A stretch of 41,501 nucleotides of DNA from a virus (lineage: Duplodnaviria > Caudoviricetes), in IMG/VR virus record IMGVR_UViG_3300032330_001524, positions 1 to 41,501 of that record; one strand, given 5' to 3'. The notes beneath the pieces are model-generated. The model saw nothing but the letters and a program-made list of their open reading frames with translations. It did not search any database and was not told the DNA's origin. Below, in pieces: positions 1-6,403 of the stretch (the first letter of the stretch is position 1; each line of letters starts with the position of its first letter). Made by a program: the position numbers and the translations under genes.

Positions 1-123
1 CGTTCTTCGCCGCGCTGCTAATCTTGTGCGCCAGTTCCGGCTCTGTCCACGGTGGCGCGCAAGTCTGATTCCATTCTCGAAGCAAGGCTAGCGCTGTCTC
101 CTGATCTAGCCCGAAGCCTTCCA
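1..123. repeat. Terminal direct repeat (copy 1), circular-assembly overlap
   Basis: Bases 1-123 are identical to 41379-41501, and an ORF reads in frame across the junction. Confidence 0.95.
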
Positions 124-1006
124 CCAGCTCCATTGCCGCGTGGTAAGTCTGCCCATGGCCACCGCTGCCGCTTACCGCGCCGGGTATCTTCGCCAGGTAC
201 GCGCGGGCCCGAGCCACGGTGTCCGGCTCGGTTCGCTGGCGTTCCAGACTTTGCAGCGCCGCGGATTGCCGGGCCCAAGCGCCGACCAGCCCCACCTCGA
301 TGGCTCGGTTGTTAGTCTCGCGGGTGGCTTCGTCCAATACCGCCGCGGGGGCGCTTGCCACGAATGCGATTCGTTGGGGCCTGTCGCCGGTATCGGGGCC
401 CTTCCGCGCTCGGGTGCCGTATAGCTTCCAAATCCGGGCCGCGTTGTAGGTGACGGTATCTACCGCCGCTTCGGCTGTGTCGCACCGCTTCGCCAGCTCC
501 GCCAAGATTATCTTGTGCCGGGTCCGGCTGTCGTCATCGTTGGGCCAGTCTATCGGGTAGCAAAGGTGCCACCCGTTGCCACTAGAACCAATAACCGGCG
601 CCACTAGTCCCGCGGCACCCATGATTGCTTGAACGTGAGAAGCCACCTGCCACGCTGCCGCGCGCTCTGCTTCGCTTGCGTTGCTGCCGGTGGGCCTTGT
701 CGGGTCGATGTCGATAAGCAGCCACCGCCGGCGTAGGATGTCGGCGTCTCGCGTGCAGACTGTCGCCGGGCCAATCTGCCCGAGACGTCGCGCCGCTAAT
801 TTGGGCGCCACCGGGTTGGGTGTAAAGTAAATGCCGGTTGCTTGGCTTCGCTCGAGGTCTGCCACGGCCCGGGCTGCTGCGTCAAGGTTCTCGTGCTTAA
901 ACCAACCGCATACCGCACCGGCGGGAAGAAAAGCTCGAATCTCAATGATGTCGCCGGGTTCTGTGAAATACTCGAGGCATTCCAATACTCGTTCCTGTTC
1001 TGTCAT
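1..1006 (-). CDS. Primase-helicase, N-terminal part (AEP/RepB-like primase plus helical domain); continues across the junction to 40297
   Basis: Missing from the ORF track. Manual translation from ATG 1006 (SD GGAGAGG) gives MTEQERVLE...WLLIDIDP...SSGNGWHL...YNAARIWKLYGT...RARAYLAKIPGAVSGSGGH. The DxD, SGxGxH and RxxKxxG motifs are primase-like. It is in frame with 40297..41463; full protein about 695 aa. Confidence 0.85.
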   Translation of the reverse strand, partial: MTEQERVLECLEYFTEPGDIIEIRAFLPAGAVCGWFKHENLDAAARAVADLERSQATGIYFTPNPVAPKLAARRLGQIGPATVCTRDADILRRRWLLIDIDPTRPTGSNASEAERAAAWQVASHVQAIMGAAGLVAPVIGSSGNGWHLCYPIDWPNDDDSRTRHKIILAELAKRCDTAEAAVDTVTYNAARIWKLYGTRARKGPDTGDRPQRIAFVASAPAAVLDEATRETNNRAIEVGLVGAWARQSAALQSLERQRTEPDTVARARAYLAKIPGAVSGSGGHGQTYHAAMELVEGFGLDQETALALLREWNQTCAPPWTEPELAHKISSAAKN

Positions 1007-1023
1007 CTTCCTCTCCGTAAGAG

Positions 1024-1051
1024 GCGCCGGTACCGCGGAAGGTACCGGCGC
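1024..1051. other. 11-bp-stem inverted repeat between SSB-like gene and primase RBS
   Basis: GCGCCGGTACC-6nt-GGTACCGGCGC. No U-tract, so function is unclear. Confidence 0.6.
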
Positions 1052-1069
1052 GTTGCTGGTCAATCGAAA

Positions 1070-1552
1070 CTAGAAGGGCATATCGTCCTTATCGAAACTT
1101 GGTTCCACTGGCTGAGGCATGGAAGGCGCCACCGACGTGATGCGGATATTGTGCCACGGCTTGCCGGCTTGGCTAAGTCCCGAGGTTTTGTTGCACCGGA
1201 AGGCCTTCCCAATCAAGCCTGGCACCGTCTCCCGAAGCATGCGGGAGAAAGGCTTGCCAGCCGCTACCGTCCATTCATGGACTGGGTAGCCAAGAATTGC
1301 AAGGTCGGCGCCCAGAAGGTTTGCGCTTAGTGGCGTTCTAAAGAAGGTCGCCGCTTCGCATACCGTGCCGGTAAATGGCCCGGCTGTTACTCGGTACCGC
1401 CAGCGCAAAATTGTTTCGCCTGACTTGTCGAGGGTGACAAGTTCCGCGTGAACTATTTCGAGCTGGTAAGGCCCGTCTTCAAGCGCTTCCAAGCCCGCGG
1501 GCCTGCTGTTCTGTGACGGGTTAAACGCATGGTCAAACTGATCTAGGCTCAT
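1070..1552 (-). CDS. DUF669-like single-stranded DNA-binding protein
   Basis: LEDGPYQLEIVHAE...WRYRVTAGPFTG pattern; SSB-type acidic tail DKDDMPF; lies between annealase and primase. Confidence 0.7.
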   Translation of the reverse strand: MSLDQFDHAFNPSQNSRPAGLEALEDGPYQLEIVHAELVTLDKSGETILRWRYRVTAGPFTGTVCEAATFFRTPLSANLLGADLAILGYPVHEWTVAAGKPFSRMLRETVPGLIGKAFRCNKTSGLSQAGKPWHNIRITSVAPSMPQPVEPSFDKDDMPF

Positions 1553-2292
1553 TGTTTTCCTTCTCCCTGAATTGCTTTTCGTTCTTCAACCATTTCCTGC
1601 AAATCAGCAATAACGTTTGCCGCTTGCACCGCGGTAAGGTCCGCGGATTGCTTCACGTTGTAATGCTCTTTCACTCCCAACCAGAAGCTTGCATCAACCC
1701 CGGCCTCGCGCCCAAGGCGCGCCATTTCTGCCAGCGCCTTTACCCCGGCTTTCCGTTCCGCCGGCGCTGTCGGTGCTGCCTGAACTGGTGCAGGTAGTGC
1801 CAGAGGTTCCACCGCCGCCCCGGGAATGCTTTCGACTTCTGACTCGTCTAGCATCCCAAGGCCGCATATTGAAAGCGTTACGCGCCGCTTCGCCTTGGTC
1901 TCCGCCTTCATCAAGGCGTTAGCCACTGCGTCCACCTGAAGGCCTTTAACGGGCACTGCGCCGGTGCTTTCGTCTGTTCTGCCGTCGGGCATGGTGGCAC
2001 GTGCTGTCACTACGTGCACGCCGTCGGTGGTTTCACGGTTGACGATTGATACGCTCACCCGGTGCACTCGGCGCAACTGGTCGGTTGCGTCTCGGCGCGC
2101 GTACAAAACAAGTTTGCCACTAAGCCGGAGGTACTGGAACGGTTGGCTTTCCAGCGTAAGCCCGGTGGCTTCGCATATTCTGCGCACTAGCTCGAGACGC
2201 TCTGCCGGTTGCAGGCGCTCAAGGTTGCCATCGACCACCGCGGTTTCCCACCTCTCCGCGGTGCTTTCCATCGGCATAAGCTCACTTGCCAT
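1549..2292 (-). CDS. Single-strand annealing protein (Rad52/RecT/Erf-superfamily-like recombinase)
   Basis: Start taken at MASEL (SD AGGGAGAGG). ANALMKAETKAKRRVTLSICGLG helix resembles the conserved SSAP C-terminal motif; adjacent to SSB-like gene. Confidence 0.6.
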   Translation of the reverse strand: MASELMPMESTAERWETAVVDGNLERLQPAERLELVRRICEATGLTLESQPFQYLRLSGKLVLYARRDATDQLRRVHRVSVSIVNRETTDGVHVVTARATMPDGRTDESTGAVPVKGLQVDAVANALMKAETKAKRRVTLSICGLGMLDESEVESIPGAAVEPLALPAPVQAAPTAPAERKAGVKALAEMARLGREAGVDASFWLGVKEHYNVKQSADLTAVQAANVIADLQEMVEERKAIQGEGKQ

Positions 2293-2485
2293 CTTGATTC
2301 CTCTCCCTTCTAATTTCGCTTCTGTCAATCCGAACACTAGGCCCGGCGGTAATGCGCAGGCTCACACGCCCACCCGCCGCCGCCTCCACCATAATCACAC
2401 ACTCGTTTTCCCCTTCGCCGATCACTAGCTCTTCGCCGACTTTACGGTTTAAGTAGAGCCCGCCAAAACTTGGCCCGTATGTCAT
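2282..2485 (-). CDS. csrA: CsrA/RsmA-family RNA-binding translational regulator
   Basis: LYLNRKVGEELVIG...VSLRITAGPSVRIDRSEI aligns with the CsrA pattern MLILTRRVGETLMIG...VRIGVNAPKEVSVHREEI, including the equivalent of the RNA-binding Arg. Confidence 0.75.
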   Translation of the reverse strand: MTYGPSFGGLYLNRKVGEELVIGEGENECVIMVEAAAGGRVSLRITAGPSVRIDRSEIRRERNQDGK

Positions 2486-2742
2486 CTTGAAACCTCCATG
2501 GTTATGTGGGCCGCTACTGGCCCTTGGTTAATCGTTACCGTAATTGTTTCCGCGTGCCGGCACCCGGCCACCAATGCCAGGAGCGCCAAGCCCCACCGGA
2601 TTGATGGGCGCCCCTTCGGCACCCATGGACGGTATACCACGGGTTTGGCTGCTTCAATTTCCGCCTTGGCCTTAGCCTCGGCTTCCGCCAAGGCTTCAAC
2701 CGCTGGCTGTATTTCGTCGGGTTTAAGGTCAAGCGATTTCAC
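2482..2742 (-). CDS. Hypothetical protein with internal hydrophobic segment and lipobox-like LVAGC
   Basis: Overlaps neighbours in operon style (ATGA with csrA); contains RWGLALLALVAGC. Confidence 0.6.
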   Translation of the reverse strand: MKSLDLKPDEIQPAVEALAEAEAKAKAEIEAAKPVVYRPWVPKGRPSIRWGLALLALVAGCRHAETITVTINQGPVAAHITMEVSR

Positions 2743-2929
2743 GGTGAGGTCTCCGTGCTTTCACGCATTCCAGCCCGGGGTGCGTTAATCCGTTGGCAAG
2801 CTCGCCAAGCTTCCAGAGGCGTTTGTACAAAAGGTCTTCGCCAAGGCTTTCAAGGTCTGCAACTAATCGTGTTGCTTCGTAGGAAAGCGCCAAGAGGCGC
2901 ATCTTGAATTCGTCTTCCATTGATTCCAT
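2729..2929 (-). CDS. Hypothetical helical protein
   Basis: Start revised to ATG 2929 after SD AGGAG. Confidence 0.6.
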   Translation of the reverse strand: MESMEDEFKMRLLALSYEATRLVADLESLGEDLLYKRLWKLGELANGLTHPGLECVKARRPHREIA

Positions 2930-2950
2930 CGGTCCATCTCCTGAAATAAG

Positions 2951-3057
2951 TGGGCAGGCCTGTGACAAAGAACCCTCGGGGCCACGCACCCCGCGCCAGG
3001 CCTGCCCGGTTTCCCCACGCGGTATTTATCGGGTGGGGGTGGCGGGAAGGCCTGCCA
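2951..3057 (-). ncRNA. Candidate structured intergenic RNA (three hairpins), family unknown
   Basis: Stems UGGC/GCCA, CCCCAC/GUGGGG and an 11-bp GGGCAGGCCUG/CAGGCCUGCCC enclosing CGGGG/CCCCG, in an otherwise tightly packed operon. Confidence 0.45.
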
Positions 3058-3058
3058 A

Positions 3059-3247
3059 TCATTCCCTAGTCATGCACTGGTGTAAATCCCAAACGTCGCC
3101 AAGCTCTTCTCGGGAGCTGCCGTCGCGCTCCCACGTTTGATAGAAAATCTCAATGGCTTGCTCGATGTTTTCGGCGTCTACCCGTCGAGTGCCGTTGTAC
3201 CCGTTAGCCAATACGCTGTAGCCAAGCTGAAAGGTGAGGCGTTCCAT
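3059..3247 (-). CDS. Hypothetical early protein
   Basis: ATG 3247 preceded by SD GGAG; directly downstream of the hammerhead. Confidence 0.65.
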   Translation of the reverse strand: MERLTFQLGYSVLANGYNGTRRVDAENIEQAIEIFYQTWERDGSSREELGDVWDLHQCMTRE

Positions 3248-3270
3248 TCTCAATCTCCATAAGGTTTGCG

Positions 3271-3321
3271 ACCCAGACCCCGAAGGGTTTCGCCCCGGCG
3301 CCCCGGGGCTCGTCAGTGGGT
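3271..3321 (-). ncRNA. Type I hammerhead ribozyme
   Basis: ACCCA-CUGACGA-GCCCCGG(GGCG)CCGGGGC-GAAA-CCC(UUCG)GGG-UC^UGGGU. All core nucleotides and three stems are present; predicted cut between 3276 and 3275. Confidence 0.92.
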
Positions 3322-3322
3322 T

Positions 3323-3508
3323 TCAACCGCGCCTTTGGTCTACAATCCATTGGGGCGGTAAACATTCCGAAGGAGCTTCGTCGCGGGCCTTGTAACCGTC
3401 TTTGAATCCTTTTCTGTATAGGAAAGCTTCTTTGCTTGTCAAACCAGATTCGCGGCAAGAACAATCAGCAAAACCATCTTCAAAACCAACCCAGTAAAAC
3501 TTTTCCAT
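3323..3508 (-). CDS. Small early protein with duplicated YxxGFxDG motif
   Basis: YWVGFEDG...YRKGFKDG; has its own promoter cassette and SD GGGAG. Confidence 0.65.
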   Translation of the reverse strand: MEKFYWVGFEDGFADCSCRESGLTSKEAFLYRKGFKDGYKARDEAPSECLPPQWIVDQRRG

Positions 3509-3616
3509 CTTCCGTCTCCCGTTTGCGTTTTCTTGAAACCGTCCTTCGGCTCCATGCCTGTATTCTAATCAGCGTTGCGACCCTGTCAAGAGGTTCCGGA
3601 AGATTTTTCCGGAACC
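3509..3616 (-). promoter_or_regulatory. Early promoter cassette A (sigma-70 promoter plus structured leader)
   Basis: TTGACA (3589-3584), 16 bp, TAGAAT (3567-3562); upstream inverted repeat 3592-3616; leader hairpin with AAGGA loop at 3546-3542. Confidence 0.85.
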
Positions 3617-3629
3617 CCGAAAAGTTTTC

Positions 3630-3956
3630 TTATAAGGCTTCAATAGTAAGGCCGCGGTCCTTGGCGATTTTTTCCGCCAGGCGCTGGGCGCTACGCTCGC
3701 TCCGGCAATCATAAACCTTGCCGACCCACTCGCCGTCGATCATAAGGCCCACGCACCAGATAAGGCTTTCGTCATCGTCGCCCACTTCTTGGGCCTCAGT
3801 GATTGCCACGTAGTATTGCGATTGGATTTCTGGAAGCTCTTCGGCTTCGGTGTCACCGACAAACCCGGTGAACTTCAAGAATTGCTGGTCATCTGACTTG
3901 GGGTCAACCGCGCCGTTGTAGTTGGTGTTGACGAAAGAAAAGTAAGTCTGGCTCAT
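3630..3956 (-). CDS. Acidic early hypothetical protein
   Basis: ATG 3956 after SD GGAG; an in-frame upstream ATG at 4004 coincides with the predicted transcription start. Confidence 0.7.
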   Translation of the reverse strand: MSQTYFSFVNTNYNGAVDPKSDDQQFLKFTGFVGDTEAEELPEIQSQYYVAITEAQEVGDDDESLIWCVGLMIDGEWVGKVYDCRSERSAQRLAEKIAKDRGLTIEAL

Positions 3957-4066
3957 GGTCCCGTTCTCCGTGTTGGCGTTTCTGACTGCGTCCTTCGCTG
4001 TCATGCCTGTATTATGATCAATGTCGCGACCATGTCAAGAGGGCCCGGAAGAATTTTTCCGGGCCC
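3957..4066 (-). promoter_or_regulatory. Early promoter cassette B
   Basis: TTGACA (4038-4033), 16 bp, CATAAT (4016-4011); inverted repeat 4041-4066; AAGGA loop at 3995-3991. Confidence 0.85.
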
Positions 4067-4077
4067 AAGAATTTTTC

Positions 4078-4389
4078 TTAGAGGCTAAGGTAAAGCCCCG
4101 TGCTGCGCTCGATGATTTCAACCAGCTGGTCGGCATAAACACCAGATAAATCAAGCTTCACGTTTTCGCCCTTAATCGTCATTCGGCTGAAAACCATGGT
4201 GTAGGTGTCGTCGGCATCCAAGGTGATTTTTACCGAATTGATGCCGTTCAAGCCGCGGGCCTTGAACTTGAACCAAAGCTGGTTTGGTTTGCCGTGCCCG
4301 ATTTGAACCGTTCCGCCGATCATTACCATGGCGCGCACGCCGCCGATTTGAGCGAAGGTTGTCGATTCGATTTGATTCAAAGTTGCCAT
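4078..4389 (-). CDS. Conserved-looking phage early protein of unknown function
   Basis: AQIGG...M.G...DTYTMVF...VYADQL...TGLYLSL pattern that I recall from phage hypothetical proteins; SD GGAG. Confidence 0.7.
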   Translation of the reverse strand: MATLNQIESTTFAQIGGVRAMVMIGGTVQIGHGKPNQLWFKFKARGLNGINSVKITLDADDTYTMVFSRMTIKGENVKLDLSGVYADQLVEIIERSTGLYLSL

Positions 4390-4471
4390 TGTCCCGTTCT
4401 CCGTATTCGCTGTCTTGGTCCCGTCCTTCGGTTCCATGCTTAAATTCTAGTCGGTGTTGCGACGCTGTCAA
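4390..4471 (-). promoter_or_regulatory. Early promoter cassette C
   Basis: TTGACA (4471-4466), 16 bp, TAGAAT (4449-4444); AAGGA loop at 4428-4424. Confidence 0.85.
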
Positions 4472-4484
4472 CACGTGATACAAT
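4457..4484 (+). promoter_or_regulatory. Divergent promoter for the regulator gene, overlapping cassette C
   Basis: TTGCGA (4457-4462), 16 bp, TACAAT (4479-4484); SD GAGGA before ATG 4511. Confidence 0.6.
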
Positions 4485-4510
4485 AAATTTTTCACCACGA
4501 GGATTTTTCA

Positions 4511-4912
4511 ATGCTTGATCTGGTTCCGCATGTTAACGCTCGAGAGCTCGCAGCAATGTTGGGCATAACCACCCAATCGGTTTGGGGCTTGGTGCGCCGC
4601 GGTGCTATCCTGCCACCCATTCGCATGAGTGCCCGTCGCCATGTCTGGTGCCTTGCCACTGCTGAGGGGATTGTTCGCGCGCGGAAGGAACCTAGGCTCC
4701 CGCAGGACACCACCCACCGCCGGCGCCGCGGAACCCAGCTCACCGTATGGGTGCCGCCGGAGTTGAAGCAGGCGCTCCAAGGTTTGGCTAAGGAAAACGG
4801 TACCACGCTCACCGGTGCCGTTTGTGCCGTCATCAAGTCTTGGTGGCTTGTTTGGGATAGCCAAACAAGGCCCGGTGTTTGTTTGGGTAAACACGACGGG
4901 TTAAAGTCTTAG
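4511..4912 (+). CDS. Transcriptional regulator: AlpA/Xis-like HTH fused to ribbon-helix-helix domain
   Basis: ARELAAMLGITTQSVWGLVRRGAILPPIRMSARRHVW (HTH plus wing); QLTVWVPPELKQALQGLAKENGTTLTGAV (RHH). The only credible plus-strand gene. Confidence 0.75.
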   Translation: MLDLVPHVNARELAAMLGITTQSVWGLVRRGAILPPIRMSARRHVWCLATAEGIVRARKEPRLPQDTTHRRRRGTQLTVWVPPELKQALQGLAKENGTTLTGAVCAVIKSWWLVWDSQTRPGVCLGKHDGLKS

Positions 4913-5632
4913 TCGGCTTGGGGTTGTGGTTTCTTGTTTGGTTGTTTGGAAGCCCCTATATACACCATAGGGGCTGTTCAAACAAGTGACTTATGGTAGG
5001 TCAATTAGGATAGATTGGTCGGCAATGTATTGGTGATCGACACCGCCAAAAGAGGTCAGGCGCTCCGGGGCGATTAGGTCCGCGGGCCGCATGGCGCCCC
5101 GGAACACCCATTCGGATTCCGGCCCCGTTCCGGTCATCAATACGTACCAGGTACGTTCAACCGCGGGCCTGTATTTCCGCACCGATACCCGGAGGCTTCC
5201 GGTAGGGTAGCGGGTGCATTTGATGTCCACCCCCTCGCCATTGGAAAGCCTGCAATCTATTTCAAGCGCCACGCCGGCGCCCTCTCTGATTCCTTCCGGG
5301 TATATGTTCAAGAGCTTGCAGAACGCCAATTCGGAGCAGCTTGCCAGTAGGTCTTGATCTTGCCACGCCCCGGCCCTGCTGCCGTCGCCAATGGCCCACC
5401 CTGGGACCTGTTGACGCGCCCTCCATTCGGCGCGCCGTGCTGCCATGGCGCGGGCCAATTCCTGCTCCGGCGCCGCCAAGGTAACCGCAGTTCCTTTGAT
5501 CATCGGCGCCCCTTGTTGGTTTAGGCTGTTTGCATATGCCAAACAACCTTAAGGCCTTGCGTTGTAATGGTTTGCGTATGTTAGTTTGCAATTTCCACGG
5601 GGTAGGGTTTGTTGTTTGGCGCACCCAAACAA
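4847..5632. repeat. Three TGTTTG-N7-CAAACA palindromes plus related half-sites
   Basis: Copies at 4849-4867, 5527-5545 and 5613-5631; further TGTTTG/CAAACA half-sites and a long hairpin around 4935-4985. Confidence 0.75.
4991..5503 (-). CDS. PD-(D/E)XK nuclease-fold-like protein
   Basis: SELAF...IDC...VDIKCT arrangement (E...D...D-x-K); start at ATG 5503 after AAGGGG. Confidence 0.55.
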   Translation of the reverse strand: MIKGTAVTLAAPEQELARAMAARRAEWRARQQVPGWAIGDGSRAGAWQDQDLLASCSELAFCKLLNIYPEGIREGAGVALEIDCRLSNGEGVDIKCTRYPTGSLRVSVRKYRPAVERTWYVLMTGTGPESEWVFRGAMRPADLIAPERLTSFGGVDHQYIADQSILIDLP

Positions 5633-5635
5633 CGT

Positions 5636-5950
5636 TTAAGGCCTGCATTCAAGGCGCCGCCGGTAGTTCCCCGCGTCTTGAATTACGTGTTCGTTATAGC
5701 TGGTCCACGACTTCAGGTGCCCGAAGACAAAGTGGCAATCCCTGCAAAGCGGTATCAGGTTGGTGGGCTCCAATTCCAGTTCCGGCGCAATGTGCACCGG
5801 TACCAGATGGTGAGCTTCAAGGTCGCGATCTGTGCCGCATGCTAGGCAGTCGGCGCCCTTCAAGGTCCGGTTGCGAAGGGCACTCCACCCCGAGGCCCGA
5901 GGCGCCCCGAATATCATCCGCATGGTGGAAGTGAACAAGCCGTCAATCAT
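5636..5950 (-). CDS. HNH endonuclease
   Basis: CLAC...LEAHHLVP...NLIPLCRDCH...H. Confidence 0.9.
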   Translation of the reverse strand: MIDGLFTSTMRMIFGAPRASGWSALRNRTLKGADCLACGTDRDLEAHHLVPVHIAPELELEPTNLIPLCRDCHFVFGHLKSWTSYNEHVIQDAGNYRRRLECRP

Positions 5951-6122
5951 GCCGCACCCGCCAGGTGATTGGCGCCGGCTTGGTGGGCCCGGGCCTTGGT
6001 GTTGGTGTTGGCCGTGCTGTTGGCCTCCTCACTGGCGCGACGTACCGCCGCACCGATAAGGGCGCCCCGGGTCATGTCGGACATGGTGGCGCCGCCAAGA
6101 TAAACCAGACGATAGCAATCAT
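5943..6122 (-). CDS. Small secreted Pro-rich protein with in-frame UGA (candidate selenoprotein, CPTU)
   Basis: MIAIVWFILAAPPCPT-UGA(6074-6072)-PGAPLSVRRYVAPVRRPTARPTPTPRPGPTKPAPITWRVRHD. ATGA overlap with the upstream gene, 8-nt overlap with the HNH start, and a hairpin downstream of the UGA. Confidence 0.6.
6028..6061 (-). promoter_or_regulatory. Bacterial SECIS-like hairpin
   Basis: CCUUAU-C-GGUGCGGCG(GUA)CGUCGCGCC-A-GUGAGG; the apical loop starts with GU, 26 nt after the UGA. Confidence 0.55.
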
Positions 6123-6370
6123 CGGTACCTCACACACGCATACCAGCCGTTCCGCCCACGCGCCACGCCGATTTCAATTGCCACCCGCTGCCCGTAGTAG
6201 CAACAATTCCGGATAGCTTGCCCGGCGCTTGCCGCTGAGAACCCAACGCCTTCATACCGGTAACTGCCGCCCCTGTGGGCCATTCGCCCCGCCTGTGCCG
6301 AAGCTTGGGCGGAAGCTTGTGCGCTCTGTGCTGGCGCCAGTGCAAGCGCCGCCAATAGAATCCATGTCAT
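6119..6370 (-). CDS. Secreted minimal CAP/SCP-like protein
   Basis: Signal peptide MTWILLAALALAPA; RMAH...YEGVG...IGVARGRNGWYAC resembles CAP-domain H/E/GVA motifs. Confidence 0.55.
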   Translation of the reverse strand: MTWILLAALALAPAQSAQASAQASAQAGRMAHRGGSYRYEGVGFSAASAGQAIRNCCYYGQRVAIEIGVARGRNGWYACVRYR

Positions 6371-6403
6371 CAAATCACCCTCCAACCAGCTGCACCCGAT
6401 TCG

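Noticed and set aside
1-123. Biological terminal repeat of the virion DNA
   Set aside because: It falls mid-gene and its length is consistent with an assembler overlap; it cannot be taken as the physical end.
2990-3057. Pistol, twister or HDV-like ribozyme call for the second structured element
   Set aside because: UAAAUA is present, but I could not build the required stems and pseudoknot for any known class.
3592-4066. Intrinsic terminators at the two inverted repeats
   Set aside because: No U-tract follows on the coding strand; kept only as unexplained hairpin or operator elements.
3509-4471. CRISPR array or attachment sites
   Set aside because: The repeats are degenerate, gene-spaced promoter/leader units; no cas or integrase genes.
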